A DNA stretch of 40,191 nt, from UHGV virus genome UHGV-1553673; one strand, given 5' to 3'. Both the position numbers and the translations under genes were made by a program. Positions within the stretch are counted from its first letter, which is position 1. Every line of letters begins with the position of its first letter. This DNA comes from a virus. Of the stretch, positions 18,572-31,569 are shown piece by piece. The notes under the pieces are model-generated. The model saw only the letters and a program-made list of their open reading frames with translations. It did no database searches and was not told the origin of the DNA.

Positions 18572-19035
18572 GCAGAGTAACCGCGATTATCTCCGCTCTG
18601 GTTATCTGCATCATCGTCTGCCTGTCATGGGCTGTTAATCATTACCGTGATAACGCCATCGCCTACAAAGAACAGCGAGATAAAAAAGTCAGTGAGCTGA
18701 AGCAGGCGACCGCCACCATTACTGACATGCAGCAGCGCCAGCGTTCTGCTGATGCACTCGATGCTAAATACACGAAGGAGTTAGCTGATGCGAAAGCTGA
18801 AAATGATGCTCTTCGGCGTAAGCTTGATAATGGTGGTCGGGTGCTCGTCAAAGGAAAATGCCCTGTGCCATCCTCAGCCGAAACCTCCAGCGCCTCCGGC
18901 ATGGGCAATGATGCCACCGTCGAACTCTCTCCAGTTGCTGGACGAAACGTTCTCGGTGTCCGGGACGGAATTATCCGCGACCAAACAGCACTGAGAACGC
19001 TTCAGGAATACATCAGGACGCAATGCCTTCGATGA
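18568..19035 (+). CDS. Rz: Spanin inner-membrane subunit Rz
   Basis: N-terminal TM helix [26 protein letters not shown] as in lambda Rz. Confidence 0.9.
   Translation: MSRVTAIISALVICIIVCLSWAVNHYRDNAIAYKEQRDKKVSELKQATATITDMQQRQRSADALDAKYTKELADAKAENDALRRKLDNGGRVLVKGKCPVPSSAETSSASGMGNDATVELSPVAGRNVLGVRDGIIRDQTALRTLQEYIRTQCLR
18788..18994 (+). CDS. Rz1: Spanin outer-membrane lipoprotein Rz1, embedded in Rz in the +1 frame
   Basis: Lipobox VVGCSS and a proline-rich stretch; fully contained within Rz. Confidence 0.85.
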   Translation: MRKLKMMLFGVSLIMVVGCSSKENALCHPQPKPPAPPAWAMMPPSNSLQLLDETFSVSGTELSATKQH

Positions 19036-19339
19036 TAGCGATAATTTTACTCATCATCCTTCACATCTGGCTCTGTAGACAGGGTGGTGATCACTTCTGG
19101 AGTGAATCCAGATTAAACATCTCATTGCTGATGCTTGATATTGAGCATCTTGCGCGCGGTAAGGGGCTGCGTTGAGATAAGAGCCAGTCATTACAAATAC
19201 CAGGATTTAGCCTCGCATTCGCGGGGCTTTTTATAGCCATTACAAAAGCCACTCCCTACAGAGTGGCTTTGATAATGGCTTATACCCTGCACGGGATAAC
19301 TTAACTGATATCCCTTTTAACGGATAAACGGAGCCAACA

Positions 19340-19582
19340 ATGGCAGAGATTATTCCCATGACTGAAGAACAGAAATTCCAGTTAGAGATTTATAAACTGG
19401 TCATGAACCAGAACGCAGCCGCAGAGGAAGCATTTCAATTCATTGGCACTGACGAGCTGAAGCTTGAGCTATTCAAAATTCACTTCCAGTCAGGCGGCGC
19501 TAATTCAGATATCACGACCAGAACTATCGAAGCGGTGCGTAAATCGAAGGAAGCGTTAGACCTGTTCACTACCGGAGCATGA
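19340..19582 (+). CDS. Hypothetical protein (80 aa) upstream of the small terminase gene
   Basis: Position equivalent to the small ORF before gene 3 in P22-like phages. Confidence 0.5.
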   Translation: MAEIIPMTEEQKFQLEIYKLVMNQNAAAEEAFQFIGTDELKLELFKIHFQSGGANSDITTRTIEAVRKSKEALDLFTTGA

Positions 19583-19611
19583 TGCTCAACCTGAAATAAC
19601 AACTAAGTGAG

Positions 19612-20106
19612 ATGAATATGGCAGCACCAAAGGGCAACCGATTTTGGGAAGCCCGCAGTAGTCATGGGCGAAATCCTAAATTCGAATCGCCTGAGGCGCT
19701 GTGGGCTGCTTGTTGTGAATACTTCGAGTGGGTGGAAGCTAACCCGCTATGGGAGATGAAGGCATTCTCGTATCAGGGTGAAGTGATACAAGAGCCTATC
19801 GCCAAGATGCGAGCGATGACTATTACCGGCCTCACTCTGTTCATTGATGTGACGCTTGAAACATGGCGCACATATCGCCTGCGAGAAGATTTATCTGAAG
19901 TCGTTACGCGAGCAGAGCAGGTCATCTACGACCAGAAATTCTCTGGCGCAGCCGCTGACCTTCTCAACGCTAACATCATCGCCCGTGATTTGGGCCTCAA
20001 AGAGCAGTCGCAAGTTGAAGACGTGACACCTGATAAGGGAGATCGCGATAAGCGACGCTCTCGTATCAAGGAGCTATTCAACCGTGGAACTGGACGCGAT
20101 TCTTGA
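19612..20106 (+). CDS. Terminase small subunit (P22 gp3-like)
   Basis: Immediately precedes the large terminase gene; sequence [22 protein letters not shown]... resembles P22 gp3 as I recall it. Confidence 0.8.
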   Translation: MNMAAPKGNRFWEARSSHGRNPKFESPEALWAACCEYFEWVEANPLWEMKAFSYQGEVIQEPIAKMRAMTITGLTLFIDVTLETWRTYRLREDLSEVVTRAEQVIYDQKFSGAAADLLNANIIARDLGLKEQSQVEDVTPDKGDRDKRRSRIKELFNRGTGRDS

Positions 20107-21583
20107 TAACCTGAGCGACGAAGAGCAAATCGAATTGCTCGAGCTACTCGAAGAAGAAGAGAACTACCGGAACACACACCTGCTATATGAATTTACGCCA
20201 TACAGCAAACAGCGTGAGTTCATCGACGCCGGGCATGACTATCCAGAGCGCTGTTTTATGGCTGGTAACCAGCTTGGTAAGTCATTTACTGGTGCTGCTG
20301 AAGTAGCGTTTCACCTTACAGGGCGTTATCCGGGCACAAAAGGCTATCCTGCTGATGGTAAATATGGCGGTGAGTGGAAAGGTAAGCGTTTTTATGAGCC
20401 TGTTGTCTTCTGGATTGGTGGCGAGACAAACGAGACTGTAACCAAAACGACTCAACGCATCCTGTGCGGTCGTATTGAAGAGAATGATGAACCGGGCTAC
20501 GGTTCAATACCGAAAGAGGACATCATTAGCTGGAAGAAGTCTCCTTTCTTTCCGAACCTTGTTGATCATCTTCTGGTTAAGCATCACACGGCTGATGGCG
20601 TTGAAGATGGCATTTCAATCTGCTACTTCAAACCATACTCGCAAGGCCGCGCTCGCTGGCAGGGTGACACAATCCACGGCGTGTGGTTTGACGAAGAGCC
20701 ACCATACAGCATTTATGGCGAAGGTCTTACCCGTACCAACAAATACGGGCAATTCTCAATTCTGACGTTTACCCCGCTGATGGGGATGTCTGACGTTGTT
20801 ACCAAGTTCCTGAAGAATCCCAGCAAGTCGCAGAAAGTGGTCAACATGACCATCTATGACGCTGAGCACTACACCGACGAGCAGAAAGAGCAAATCATCG
20901 CATCCTATCCTGAGCATGAGAGAGAGGCGCGTGCTCGCGGTATTCCTACGATGGGTAGTGGTCGAATCTTCCAGATACCGGAAGAGACAATTAAGTGTCA
21001 GCCGTTCGAGTGTCCTGATCACTTCTACGTAATTGGCGGGATGGATTTCGGATGGGATCACCCACAGGCGCAGGTTCAGCTTTGGTGGGATAAGGACGCA
21101 GACACAATCTACGTTTCACGCGTGTGGAAGGCGAAAGAAAAAACAGCCGTTCAGGCATGGGGAGCCGTTAAATCATGGGCGCATAAAGTGCCAACCGCAT
21201 GGCCTCATGACGGAAACCAGCATGAGAAGGGCGGCGGTGAGCAGCTCAAAGGGCAGTATGCCGACGCTGGTTTTATGATGTTGCAGGAGCATGCGACATG
21301 GCCTGATGGCGGTAATGCTGTTGAGCCTGGCATCACTGAATTGCGCGACATGATGCTTGATGGTCGCTTCAAAGTATTCAACACCTGTGAGCCATTCTTT
21401 GAGGAGTTTCGCCTCTATCACCGTGATGAAAACGGGAAAATCGTCAAGCTTAACGACGACGTGCTATCCGCCGTTCGCTATGCATACATGATGCGCCGCT
21501 TCGCAAAAATGATGCGCGACATCAAAAAACCAAAAGAGAAAAAGATACCAGCCCCAATCAGGCCCATCGCACGGAGAACTTAA
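20084..21583 (+). CDS. Terminase large subunit (P22 gp2-like)
   Basis: 499 aa; GTG start with AAGGAG RBS; ATPase and nuclease domain architecture. Confidence 0.9.
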   Translation: MELDAILDNLSDEEQIELLELLEEEENYRNTHLLYEFTPYSKQREFIDAGHDYPERCFMAGNQLGKSFTGAAEVAFHLTGRYPGTKGYPADGKYGGEWKGKRFYEPVVFWIGGETNETVTKTTQRILCGRIEENDEPGYGSIPKEDIISWKKSPFFPNLVDHLLVKHHTADGVEDGISICYFKPYSQGRARWQGDTIHGVWFDEEPPYSIYGEGLTRTNKYGQFSILTFTPLMGMSDVVTKFLKNPSKSQKVVNMTIYDAEHYTDEQKEQIIASYPEHEREARARGIPTMGSGRIFQIPEETIKCQPFECPDHFYVIGGMDFGWDHPQAQVQLWWDKDADTIYVSRVWKAKEKTAVQAWGAVKSWAHKVPTAWPHDGNQHEKGGGEQLKGQYADAGFMMLQEHATWPDGGNAVEPGITELRDMMLDGRFKVFNTCEPFFEEFRLYHRDENGKIVKLNDDVLSAVRYAYMMRRFAKMMRDIKKPKEKKIPAPIRPIARRT

Positions 21584-23749
21584 ATGGCCGACGAAAACAG
21601 ACTCAATTCCATTCTGTGTAAGTTTGACGCAGACTGGATGGCGAGCGATGAAGCCAGAACCGAGGCGACAAATGACCTGTATTTTAGCCGAGTGTCGCAA
21701 TGGGATGACTGGCTATCAAACTACACCACCCTGCAATATCGCGGACAATTCGATGTTGTTCGCCCGGTGGTCAGGAAGCTGGTCGCAGAGATGCGCCGGA
21801 ACCCTATCGATGTTCTCTTCAGACCAAAAGACGGCGCTAATCCTGATGCTGCCGATGTGCTGATGGGGATGTATCGTACTGATATGCGCCATAATACGGC
21901 AAAAATTGCCGTTAACGTTGGCGTTCGTGAGCAGATAGAGTCAGGCGTTGGTGCATGGCGTCTGGTCACGCAGTATGAAGACAACGATCCAACAAGCAAC
22001 AATCAGGTAATCCGACGCCTGCCAATCCATGAAGCCTGCTCACACGTCATATGGGACGCCAACAGCAAGCAGATGGATAAGAGCGACGCTAAGCACTGCA
22101 CGGTGATTAACGCCTTGTCACGCAATGGCTGGAAAGAGTTCGCAGAGGATTACGGTATTGATCCGGATACCTTGCCATCTTTCCAGAATCCGAACGATAC
22201 ATGGCTGTTTCCGTGGGTATCGAATGATGTCGTCTACGTCGCTGAGTATTACGAGGTCGAAGAGAAGAAAGAGAAAGTCTTCATATACCGAGACCCGTTG
22301 ACAGGTGAGCCAGTCAGCTATTACCAGCAGGATATTAAAGACGTTATCGACGACCTGGCTAATCGTGGATTCATTAAGGTAGCAGAGCGCAAGGTGAAGC
22401 GTCGGCGTGTGTATAAGTCGATCATCACCTGCACGCAGATACTGAAAGACCGCGAGAAGATAGCCGGAGAGCATATTCCAATCGTTCCAGTGTATGGCGA
22501 ATGGTCATTCGCTGGTGACAAGGAGTGCTACGAAGGAGTGGTAAGGCTGACGAAAGACGGTCAACGCCTTCGTAACATGATCATGTCATTCAACGCCGAT
22601 ATTGTTGCTCGTTCACCGAAGAAGAAACCGACCTTCTTCCCTGAGCAAATCGAAGGCTACGAATACATGTACGGTGGAAATGATGACTATCCGTACTATC
22701 TGCAGAACAGGACCGATGAAAACGGTAACGACCTGCCGATTGGTCCAATCTCCTACATGGAAAACCCTGAAGTGCCGCAAGCCAACGCTTACATGCTTGA
22801 GGCTGCCACCAACGCAGTGAAAGAGGTGGCTAGTCTTGGCGTGGATGCGCAGGCGGCAAATGGTCAGGTCGCTTTCGATACCGTCAATCAACTGAACATG
22901 CGGGCAGACCTTGAGACATACGTGTTTCAGGATAACCTGTCTACCGCAATGCGACGTGATGGCGAGATTTATGCCTCAATGGTCAACGATATTTATGACG
23001 TTCCTCGCCATGTAACGCTGACTCTTGAAGACGGAAGCGAGAAAGACGTTCAACTCTACGCGCAAGTTGTAGATTACCAGTCCGGCAATGTGGTCACACT
23101 CAACGACATTCGCGGTCGCTATGAGTGCTATACAGACGTTGGACCATCCTTCCAGAGTATGAAGGAACAGAACCGCGCAGAGATTCAGGAGTTACTCACC
23201 AAGGTTCCACAAGGTACTCCAGAGTTCCAGATGCTGATGCTGCAATACTTCACGCTGCTTGATGGTAAAGGCGTCGAGATGATGCGAGAGTACGCGAACA
23301 AGCAACTGGTGATGATGGGGCTGAAGAAACCAGAAACACCTGAAGAGATGGAGATGGTACAGCAGGCTCAACAGCAGCCGCAGCAGCCATCAGCAGAGCA
23401 AATTCAGGCGCAGGGTATCCTTCTGCAAGGTCAGGCTGAATTGCTCAAGGCAGAGAACCAACAGGCGCAGATTCAGGTTGAAGCCGCCAAGGTTGAAGCC
23501 CAAAACCAACTCAACGCCGCGAAGATTGCGGAAATCTTCAACAATATGGACCTCGACAAGCAGGCAGAACTGCGTGAGTACCTCAAGCTCGTAGGTCAAT
23601 TCCAGCAACAGCGCAGCAAAGATGCTCGTGCTAACGCTGAGCTGCTTCTTAAAGATGCAGACCAGACTCATTCACAACGCATGGATTTCGCGAATCTTAT
23701 GCGTCAAGTTCAAATCCCCTCCGGCGGAGTAGCCGAGACACCTCAATAA
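21584..23749 (+). CDS. Portal protein (P22 gp1-like)
   Basis: 721 aa; Gln-rich C-terminal coiled-coil barrel segment. Confidence 0.9.
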   Translation: MADENRLNSILCKFDADWMASDEARTEATNDLYFSRVSQWDDWLSNYTTLQYRGQFDVVRPVVRKLVAEMRRNPIDVLFRPKDGANPDAADVLMGMYRTDMRHNTAKIAVNVGVREQIESGVGAWRLVTQYEDNDPTSNNQVIRRLPIHEACSHVIWDANSKQMDKSDAKHCTVINALSRNGWKEFAEDYGIDPDTLPSFQNPNDTWLFPWVSNDVVYVAEYYEVEEKKEKVFIYRDPLTGEPVSYYQQDIKDVIDDLANRGFIKVAERKVKRRRVYKSIITCTQILKDREKIAGEHIPIVPVYGEWSFAGDKECYEGVVRLTKDGQRLRNMIMSFNADIVARSPKKKPTFFPEQIEGYEYMYGGNDDYPYYLQNRTDENGNDLPIGPISYMENPEVPQANAYMLEAATNAVKEVASLGVDAQAANGQVAFDTVNQLNMRADLETYVFQDNLSTAMRRDGEIYASMVNDIYDVPRHVTLTLEDGSEKDVQLYAQVVDYQSGNVVTLNDIRGRYECYTDVGPSFQSMKEQNRAEIQELLTKVPQGTPEFQMLMLQYFTLLDGKGVEMMREYANKQLVMMGLKKPETPEEMEMVQQAQQQPQQPSAEQIQAQGILLQGQAELLKAENQQAQIQVEAAKVEAQNQLNAAKIAEIFNNMDLDKQAELREYLKLVGQFQQQRSKDARANAELLLKDADQTHSQRMDFANLMRQVQIPSGGVAETPQ

Positions 23750-23762
23750 GAGAGAGTTAACC

Positions 23763-24674
23763 ATGGACCAAACCACCGACATTCAGGCTTCTGAAGAATT
23801 AACCCTGCCCGGCAATCATGCAGCGGCATCTGCTGATGGCTTAGTTGTCGATAATGCCAACGACAACGCAAGTCAGGAAGAAGGCTTCGAGATTGTCCTG
23901 AAAGACGATGAGAAACCAAAACAAGACCCGGCAACTAATGCTGAATTTGCCCGTCGCCGCATCGAACGCAAACGCCAGCGTGAGCTTGAGCAGCAGATGG
24001 AAGCGGTTAAGCGTGGAGAGTTGCCGGAGCACCTGCGGGTGAACCCTGAGTTACCAAAACAACCAGACCCTAACGATTATCTTTCCGAAGATGCACTGGC
24101 TAAGTACGACTATGACCAGAGCCGCGCACTGGCTGCCTTCCAGCAGGCAAACAGTGAATGGCAGATCAAGGCTATGGACGCACGAAGCCAGGCTGTAGCC
24201 GAGCAGGGCCGCAAAACTCAAGAGTTCACCCAGCAATCAGCGCAATACGTCGAGGCAGCCCGTAAGCACTACGACGCAGCGGAAAAGCTCAACATCCCTG
24301 ACTATCAGGAGAAAGAGGATGCATTCATGCAACTGGTGCCGCCAGCAGTCGGTGCCGACATCATGCGCCTCTTCCCGGAGAAATCCGCTGCTCTCATGTA
24401 TCACCTTGGTGCTAATCCTGAGAAAACACGCCAGTTGCTGGCGATGGACGGGCAATCCGCGCTGATTGAACTCACTCGACTGTCAGAACGTTTAACTCTC
24501 AAGCCTCGAGCAAAGCCTGTTTCAGAAGCCCCGTTACCTGATGAACCCATTCAGGGACACGCTGTTGCTGCAAATATCTCTGCGATTGAAAAGCAGATGG
24601 AAGCGGCAGCAAACAAAGGGGATGTAGAGACATACCGCAAGCTCAAGGCGCAACTGAATAAAGGAATTCGATAA
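23763..24674 (+). CDS. Scaffolding protein (P22 gp8-like)
   Basis: 303 aa, acidic and helical; lies between portal and coat genes. Confidence 0.85.
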   Translation: MDQTTDIQASEELTLPGNHAAASADGLVVDNANDNASQEEGFEIVLKDDEKPKQDPATNAEFARRRIERKRQRELEQQMEAVKRGELPEHLRVNPELPKQPDPNDYLSEDALAKYDYDQSRALAAFQQANSEWQIKAMDARSQAVAEQGRKTQEFTQQSAQYVEAARKHYDAAEKLNIPDYQEKEDAFMQLVPPAVGADIMRLFPEKSAALMYHLGANPEKTRQLLAMDGQSALIELTRLSERLTLKPRAKPVSEAPLPDEPIQGHAVAANISAIEKQMEAAANKGDVETYRKLKAQLNKGIR

Positions 24675-25969
24675 TGGCATTAAATGAAGGTCAACTGGTC
24701 ACGTATGCTCTGGATGAAATCATCGAAACCGTCCAGAACCTGACGCCAATGGCGTCCAAAGTGACAAAATACACCCCTCCGGCAGAATCCATGCAGCGTT
24801 CAAGCAACACCGTGTGGATGCCTGTTGAGCAGGAAGCGCCAACCCAGACTGGCTGGGATTTAACTGGCAACGCAACCGGGATTCTTGAACTCTCCGTGAA
24901 ATGCAACATGGGCGATCCGGATAACGATTTCTTCGAGCTTCGTGCAGATGACCTGCGTGATGAGCGTTCTTACCGTCGCCGCATCCAGGCATCCGCCAAA
25001 AAACTGGCGAATAACATTGAGTCAGCAATTGCCAAACAGGCAACCGAAATGGGCTCACTTGTTGTTCACGATACCCGCGCAATTGGTCCATCTACTGGCC
25101 TGTCTGGCTGGGATTTTGTGTCTGATGCAGAGCGCCTGATGTTCTCCCGTGAGCTAAACCGCGATATGGGCATCAGTTACTTCCTGAACCCTGACGATTA
25201 CCGCAAAGCAGGCCGCAACCTGGTAGATGGTGACATCTTTGGGCGCGTTCCTGAAGACGCGTATCGCAACGGTACTATTCAGCGTCAGATTGCTGGCTTT
25301 GATGAAATTCTTCGCTCACCGAAACTTCCGGCAGTTACCAAGTCAACCGCTACTGGTGTAACTGTTTCTGGTGCGCAGAAGTTTAAGCCGCAGGCATACA
25401 CCCTTGATACCGATGGTAACAAAGAGAACGTCGATAACCGTGTTGCAACGGTGACCGTATCCTCCACCACCGGATTTAAGCGCGGCGACAAAATCAGCTT
25501 CACTGGTGTGAAATTCCTGTCTCAGATGGCGAAGAACGTGCTGACTGATGACGCGACTTTCTCAATCACCCGTGTGATCGATGGTACTCACATCGAAATC
25601 ACGCCGAAGCCTATTGCGCTGGATGACGCGTCACTGACAAAAGAAGAGAAGGCTTACGCTAACGTAAACACCTCTCTTGCTGATACCACTCCGGTAAACG
25701 TTCTTAACGTGGCAACAACCACCGCTAACGTGTTCTGGGCTGATGACTCAATCCGCCTGCTGTCTCAGCCGATTCCGGTAACCCATGAGCTGTTTGCTGG
25801 CATGAAAACGTCTTCCTTCAGCATTCCAGGTATTGGTGTTAACGGCATCTTCGCAACGCAGGGTGATATCAACACTCTGTCTGGTAAGTGCCGTATTGCT
25901 GTGTGGTATTCAGCATGTGCTGTACGACCAGAGGCAATTGGTGTTGGTCTGCCTAACCAGACTGCGTGA
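24674..25969 (+). CDS. Major capsid (coat) protein (P22 gp5-like)
   Basis: 431 aa; [20 protein letters not shown]... matches P22 coat from memory. Confidence 0.9.
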   Translation: MALNEGQLVTYALDEIIETVQNLTPMASKVTKYTPPAESMQRSSNTVWMPVEQEAPTQTGWDLTGNATGILELSVKCNMGDPDNDFFELRADDLRDERSYRRRIQASAKKLANNIESAIAKQATEMGSLVVHDTRAIGPSTGLSGWDFVSDAERLMFSRELNRDMGISYFLNPDDYRKAGRNLVDGDIFGRVPEDAYRNGTIQRQIAGFDEILRSPKLPAVTKSTATGVTVSGAQKFKPQAYTLDTDGNKENVDNRVATVTVSSTTGFKRGDKISFTGVKFLSQMAKNVLTDDATFSITRVIDGTHIEITPKPIALDDASLTKEEKAYANVNTSLADTTPVNVLNVATTTANVFWADDSIRLLSQPIPVTHELFAGMKTSSFSIPGIGVNGIFATQGDINTLSGKCRIAVWYSACAVRPEAIGVGLPNQTA

Positions 25970-25975
25970 TAACCA

Positions 25976-26004
25976 GAGGGAGCTTCGGCTCCCTTTTTTA
26001 TTTG
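25976..26004 (+). terminator. Rho-independent terminator after the coat gene
   Basis: GGGAGC-ttcg-GCTCCC followed by TTTTTTATTT. Confidence 0.7.
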
Positions 26005-26013
26005 GAGACAAGC

Positions 26014-26257
<244 letters not shown>

Positions 26258-26280
<23 letters not shown>

Positions 26281-26758
26281 TCTAGTCCTTGCGGCATTAC
26301 GTAAGCTCGGTGTGGCATCAAATGCCACGTTAACTGATGTCGAACCGCAGTCTATGGAAGACGGCGTCAACGACCTTGAAATGATGATGGCTGAATGGCT
26401 TGGCGGTGATGCGTCACCTGGGATCAACGTTGGCTACATTTTTGCTGATGCAGATGTCGCTCCGGATCCGGGCGATGAGCACGGTTTATCAAATAACGCT
26501 ATCAATGCCGTCATTTTCAACCTTGCCTGCCGCATTGCTCCGGATTATGCGCTGGAAGCGCCAGCAAAACTTATAACCACTGCCAGATACGGGAAAGAGC
26601 GACTCGTCAAACTGTCTGCAATGGACAGAGCAAAAGCCGCTAAATGTAAGTCCGGTTATCCAAACCGTATGCCTGTTGGCAGTGGAAACCAGTTGGCGAA
26701 GTGGAACGGTTGGAATTACTTCCACCGAAAGGAACCTTGCGATAACGGGAGCGAATAA
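26258..26758 (+). CDS. Tail accessory / head-completion protein (P22 gp4-like)
   Basis: 166 aa from [33 protein letters not shown]..., resembling P22 gp4. Confidence 0.8.
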
Positions 26759-28176
26759 TGCCTATTCAGCAACTTCCGCTTATGAAAGGTGTCGGCAAAG
26801 ACTTCCGAAACGCCGACTATATCGACTATCTGCCAGTGAATATGCTGGCAACCCCCAAAGAAATCCTGAACAGCAGCGGATATCTTCGCTCATTCCCGGG
26901 CATTGCCAAGCGTTCTGATGTGAACGGTGTATCTCGCGGCGTTGAGTACAACATGGCGCAGAGTGCTGTTTATCGCGTGTGTGGTGGGAAGCTCTACAAA
27001 GGAGAAAGCGAAGTCGGTGACGTCGCCGGAAGTGGTCGCGTATCAATGGCGCATGGTCGGACATCACAGGCTGTAGGCGTTAATGGTCAACTGGTCGAGT
27101 ATCGCTATGATGGCACGGTTAAAACCGTCTCAAACTGGCCTACAGATAGCGGATTCACTCAGTATGAGTTAGGTTCGGTTCGTGACATTACGCGCTTGCG
27201 CGGGCGTTATGCGTGGTCAAAAGACGGCACTGATTCATGGTTTATCACTGACCTTGAAGACGAATCACATCCTGACCGTTACAGCGCACAATATCGTGCC
27301 GAGTCTCAGCCTGACGGCATCATCGGCATCGGAACATGGCGAGACTTCATCGTCTGCTTTGGTTCATCGACGATTGAATATTTCTCCCTGACTGGTGCAA
27401 CCACCGTTGGTGCTGCTTTGTATGTCGCACAGCCATCACTGATGGTGCAGAAAGGCATTGCCGGGACTTACTGCAAAACTCCGTTCGCCGATTCGTATGC
27501 GTTCATCAGCAATCCGGCAACGGGTGCGCCGTCTGTATACATCATCGGCTCCGGTCAGGTATCACCAATCGCCAGCGCGAGCATTGAGAAAATACTACGC
27601 TCCTACACTGCTGATGAACTGGCTGATGGCGTGATGGAATCGTTGCGGTTTGATGCTCATGAGTTGCTGATTATTCACCTGCCGCGCCATGTTCTTGTTT
27701 ACGACGCATCTTCAAGCGCCAATGGTCCGCAATGGTGTGTGTTGAAAACAGGCCTGTATGACGATGTGTACCGCGCAATCGACTTCATTTACGAAGGCAA
27801 TCAGATAACGTGCGGCGATAAGCTGGAGTCCGTGACCGGGAAATTGCAGTTCGATATCAGCAGCCAGTATGGGCTACAGCAAGAACACCTGCTGTTTACT
27901 CCGTTGTTCAAAGCGGATAACGCCAGGGTGTTTGACTTTGAGGTTGAATCGTCAACTGGCGTTGCGCAGTACGCCGACCGCCTTTTTCTCTCTGCAACCA
28001 CTGACGGAATCAATTACGGACGTGAGCAGATGATTGAGCAGAATGAACCGTTCGTTTACGACAAACGCGTTTTGTGGAAGCGAGTCGGGCGCATCAGGAA
28101 AAATGTCGGCTTCAAATTGCGCGTTATCACGAAGTCACCTGTCACTCTGTCAGGCTGCCAGATAAGGATTGAGTAA
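26758..28176 (+). CDS. Tail accessory protein (P22 gp10-like)
   Basis: 472 aa, same length and position as P22 gp10. Confidence 0.8.
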   Translation: MPIQQLPLMKGVGKDFRNADYIDYLPVNMLATPKEILNSSGYLRSFPGIAKRSDVNGVSRGVEYNMAQSAVYRVCGGKLYKGESEVGDVAGSGRVSMAHGRTSQAVGVNGQLVEYRYDGTVKTVSNWPTDSGFTQYELGSVRDITRLRGRYAWSKDGTDSWFITDLEDESHPDRYSAQYRAESQPDGIIGIGTWRDFIVCFGSSTIEYFSLTGATTVGAALYVAQPSLMVQKGIAGTYCKTPFADSYAFISNPATGAPSVYIIGSGQVSPIASASIEKILRSYTADELADGVMESLRFDAHELLIIHLPRHVLVYDASSSANGPQWCVLKTGLYDDVYRAIDFIYEGNQITCGDKLESVTGKLQFDISSQYGLQQEHLLFTPLFKADNARVFDFEVESSTGVAQYADRLFLSATTDGINYGREQMIEQNEPFVYDKRVLWKRVGRIRKNVGFKLRVITKSPVTLSGCQIRIE

Positions 28177-29024
28177 TGGCGGATTCGAATCTCAATGTTC
28201 CGGTAATCATTCAGGCTACACGACTCGACACATCAGTACTTCCACGCAATATCTTCTCGCAGTCGTATCTGCTTTACGTTATCGCACAGGGTACTGATGT
28301 TGGTAATGTGGCGAACAAGGCCAACGAGGCCGGACAGGGCGCTTATGACGCACAAGTCAGGAACGATGAGCAGGATGTGATTCTCGCTGACCATGAGCAG
28401 CGAATTTCTGCTGCGGAAGCAACGCTTGTTAATCATGAGGAGCGAATCAGCCAGGCAGAATCAACTCTTCAGGACCATGAAACGCGAATCGCTCAGAATG
28501 AAAGCGATATTGCGTCGCTTGATACCAGAGTTCAGTCGCTGGAGTTGCAGGTTTCAGACCATGAAACGCGCATTGATGCTCTGGAGTATGCCACTACTCG
28601 CAAAAAGTCAGAGGTTGTTTACTATGGCGTATCTGTAACCATCCCGACAGCGCCGACCAACCTTGTTAGCCTGCTGAAAACGCTCATGCCGTCATCCGGC
28701 ACGTTGGCACCATTCTTCGATACCGTTAACAACAAGATGGTTGTGTTCAACGAGAACAAAACCTTGTTCTTCAAGCTGTCGATCGTCGGGACGTGGCCCA
28801 GCGGAACCGCCAACAGGTCAATGCAGCTAACCTTTTCCGGCTCTGTTCCTGACACACTGGTTAGCAGTCGTAATGCGGCGACAACAGCCGACAACATCCT
28901 GTTAGCTACGTTCTTCAGCGTGGATAAAGACGGATTTCTTGCCACAAATGGCAGTACGTTAACCATCCAGTCAAATGGTGCGGCGTTTACTGCCACAACC
29001 ATCAAGATAATCGCGGAGCAGTGA
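28176..29024 (+). CDS. Tail needle (P22 gp26-like) with C-terminal knob domain
   Basis: Conserved N-terminus [18 protein letters not shown]..., heptad coiled coil ([10 protein letters not shown].. repeats), 282 aa. Confidence 0.85.
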   Translation: MADSNLNVPVIIQATRLDTSVLPRNIFSQSYLLYVIAQGTDVGNVANKANEAGQGAYDAQVRNDEQDVILADHEQRISAAEATLVNHEERISQAESTLQDHETRIAQNESDIASLDTRVQSLELQVSDHETRIDALEYATTRKKSEVVYYGVSVTIPTAPTNLVSLLKTLMPSSGTLAPFFDTVNNKMVVFNENKTLFFKLSIVGTWPSGTANRSMQLTFSGSVPDTLVSSRNAATTADNILLATFFSVDKDGFLATNGSTLTIQSNGAAFTATTIKIIAEQ

Positions 29025-29479
29025 TGATTCAGTTCAAACCAACGCGAAACATCGACCTGATCGAAGCAGTCGGAAATCACCCTGACATTATTGCCGGAAG
29101 CAACAACGGTGATGGATACGACTACAAGCCTGAATGCCGTTACTTTGAGGTTAACGTGCACGGTCAGTTTGGCGGCATTGTTTACTATCAGGAAATTCAG
29201 CCGCTTACATTCGATTGCCACGCCATGTACCTGCCAGAGGTTCGTGGATTCAGCAAGGAAATCGGGCTGGCGTTCTGGCGATACATTCTGACTAACACCA
29301 CCGTTCAGTGCGTCACATCGTTCGCCGCACGCAAATTCCGCCACGGGCAGATTTACTGCGCAATGATTGGCCTTAAGCGTGTCGGAACCATCAAGAAATA
29401 CTTTAAAGGTGTGGATGACGTGACTTTTTACAGCGCCACACGCGAAGAACTAATCGACTTCCTGAATCACGGGAGATAG
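29024..29479 (+). CDS. Head assembly protein (gp14 position)
   Basis: Synteny between needle and ejection genes; start overlaps the needle stop (TGATG). Confidence 0.5.
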   Translation: MIQFKPTRNIDLIEAVGNHPDIIAGSNNGDGYDYKPECRYFEVNVHGQFGGIVYYQEIQPLTFDCHAMYLPEVRGFSKEIGLAFWRYILTNTTVQCVTSFAARKFRHGQIYCAMIGLKRVGTIKKYFKGVDDVTFYSATREELIDFLNHGR

Positions 29480-29481
29480 CC

Positions 29482-30171
29482 ATGTTATATGCATTTAAGC
29501 TGGGCAGAAAACTGCGCGGCGAGGAACCTTGGTGCCCTGAAAAAGGCGGGAAAGGTGGCTCAGATAAAAGCGCAAAGTATGCAGCAGAAGCCCAGAAGTA
29601 TGCCGCAGACCTGCAAAATCAGCAGTGGCAGACGATCATGAAAAACCTTGCTCTGTTCACGCCTCTTGCGGAGCAGTATGTTAACCAGCTTCAGAACCTT
29701 TCCAGTTTAGAAGGACAGGGTCAGGCACTTAATCAGTATTACAACTCTCAGCAGTATAAAGACCTTGCAGGTCAGGCTCGTTACCAGAGTCTTGCTGCTG
29801 CGGAGGCTACGGGAGGACTTGGTTCGACAGCCACAAGCAATCAACTGGCTACGATCGCGCCGACTCTCGGTCAGTCTTGGTTATCAAACCAGATGAGCAA
29901 TTACAACAATCTGGCAAACGTTGGGCTTGGTGCTCTGCAAGGTCAGGCAAACGCCGGGCAGACGTACGCCAACAACATGAGCAGCATTGCACAGCAAAGC
30001 GCAGCTCTTGCCGCTGCTAATGCCAACAAACCATCAAGTCTTCAGACGGCAATTAGTGGCGGAACGTCTGGTGCGATTGCCGGTGCAGGTCTTGCCAGCC
30101 TTTTGGGAGCATCAACGCCTTGGGGCGCTGGCATTGGTGCTGGTATCGGATTGCTTGGCTCGTTGTTTTAA
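29482..30171 (+). CDS. Ejection protein (P22 gp7-like)
   Basis: 229 aa; synteny; Gly/Ala-rich C-terminus. Confidence 0.75.
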   Translation: MLYAFKLGRKLRGEEPWCPEKGGKGGSDKSAKYAAEAQKYAADLQNQQWQTIMKNLALFTPLAEQYVNQLQNLSSLEGQGQALNQYYNSQQYKDLAGQARYQSLAAAEATGGLGSTATSNQLATIAPTLGQSWLSNQMSNYNNLANVGLGALQGQANAGQTYANNMSSIAQQSAALAAANANKPSSLQTAISGGTSGAIAGAGLASLLGASTPWGAGIGAGIGLLGSLF

Positions 30172-30180
30172 GGGGTAATC

Positions 30181-31569
30181 ATGGCTACTTGGCAAGGAAC
30201 AAACGGCGGATTGTTGGCTGGTATCGGCGGCGTCAACTCAAACGCTCCGATCGTAAATGACATCGGCAATACGCTTCAGCTTATCAGGCAGAACAATGAT
30301 ATTGAGCGTTCAGGCGCTAACAATGTTGGGCTGACTGCTTTGCAAGGTCTTTCAGGTATTGCAGGGGTGTTTCAGCAGGAAAAGCAGGCTCAGCGGCAGA
30401 AAGAATTTCAGCAGGCATACGCTAATGCTTATGCGTCTGGTGATCGCGGTGCTTTGCGTCAGTTGGCTACTCAATATCCAGACCAGATTGAATCTGTTCG
30501 TAAAGGCATGGGGTTCATTGATGAAGACCAGCGCAATTCTATCGGCACCTTAGCGGCTGGCGCCCGCCTTGCATCATCGTCTCCAGAAGCAATGCAATCA
30601 TGGCTGCAAAACAACGCCAAGGAACTGACTCGCGTCGGTGTTGACCCTAATAACGTTGCTCAGATGTATCAGCAGAACCCTTCAGGATTTGGTGAGTTTG
30701 TTGATCACCTTGGAATGGCTGCTCTTGGTCCGATTGATTACTTCAATGTTCAGGACAAGATGGCTGGTCGTGAGATTGATCGCGGAAAACTTGCAGAGAC
30801 AATCCGCAGCAATCAGGCTGGCGAGGCGCTAACAGCACGAGGCCAGAACATCACGATGCGCGGTCAGGACTTATCTGCTTCTACTGCGCGACGCGGGCAG
30901 GATTTGGCAATGCAGCGAGCGTCAACAAGAGGAACCGCTGGGAATGATGAGCGTACAGTTCAGTTATCAGATGGCAGAACTGTAACGGTAGGCGGGAAAC
31001 TTCACGGCGCTGGGGCTAATGCGTTCTACGAAGGCATCGACAACGAGGGGAATATGGTTCGCGTTCCTGCCAGTTCAATCGCAGCGCCTGCAACATCGTC
31101 TGCATCAGCACAAAACTATGCCATGAAGAAGGATATCGACGCGATCGCAAATGCAGACGCTTCTGCTCTCGATTTCATGACAGGAATGACAGGCGGTGCA
31201 GGTAATCCAGCAATTGGTGCTGATGTTCGCAGCCGATTAACAGGAAAAGAGCAGCGCCAGTTATATAACTCAGCACAACGTATTCAGGGCAGAATGCAGA
31301 ATCAGGGTGTGGCGGCAGCAAGGGATATGGGTGCCAGTGGTATTAACACCGTTGCAGAAGCGAAGATGTATTTTCAGGGGATGCCGCAGGTTGACTATTC
31401 AAGCCCGGAGGCTATGCAGCAGTCGATTCGTGAGATTCAGGAATACACCAACAATTACAACCAACAATATAACGTTAATGTTGGTAAATCTCAGCGGCAG
31501 CAATCTCAACCTGCACAGGTATCACAGCCAGCAGCCAGCAGTAACTTTTCTTCACTATGGGGTGATTAA
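30181..31569 (+). CDS. Ejection protein (P22 gp20-like)
   Basis: 462 aa; synteny. Confidence 0.75.
   Translation: MATWQGTNGGLLAGIGGVNSNAPIVNDIGNTLQLIRQNNDIERSGANNVGLTALQGLSGIAGVFQQEKQAQRQKEFQQAYANAYASGDRGALRQLATQYPDQIESVRKGMGFIDEDQRNSIGTLAAGARLASSSPEAMQSWLQNNAKELTRVGVDPNNVAQMYQQNPSGFGEFVDHLGMAALGPIDYFNVQDKMAGREIDRGKLAETIRSNQAGEALTARGQNITMRGQDLSASTARRGQDLAMQRASTRGTAGNDERTVQLSDGRTVTVGGKLHGAGANAFYEGIDNEGNMVRVPASSIAAPATSSASAQNYAMKKDIDAIANADASALDFMTGMTGGAGNPAIGADVRSRLTGKEQRQLYNSAQRIQGRMQNQGVAAARDMGASGINTVAEAKMYFQGMPQVDYSSPEAMQQSIREIQEYTNNYNQQYNVNVGKSQRQQSQPAQVSQPAASSNFSSLWGD

Noticed and set aside
21624-23934. Numerous 60-120-aa ORFs on both strands within the portal and scaffold genes
   Set aside because: All are nested in or antisense to long, well-supported structural genes.
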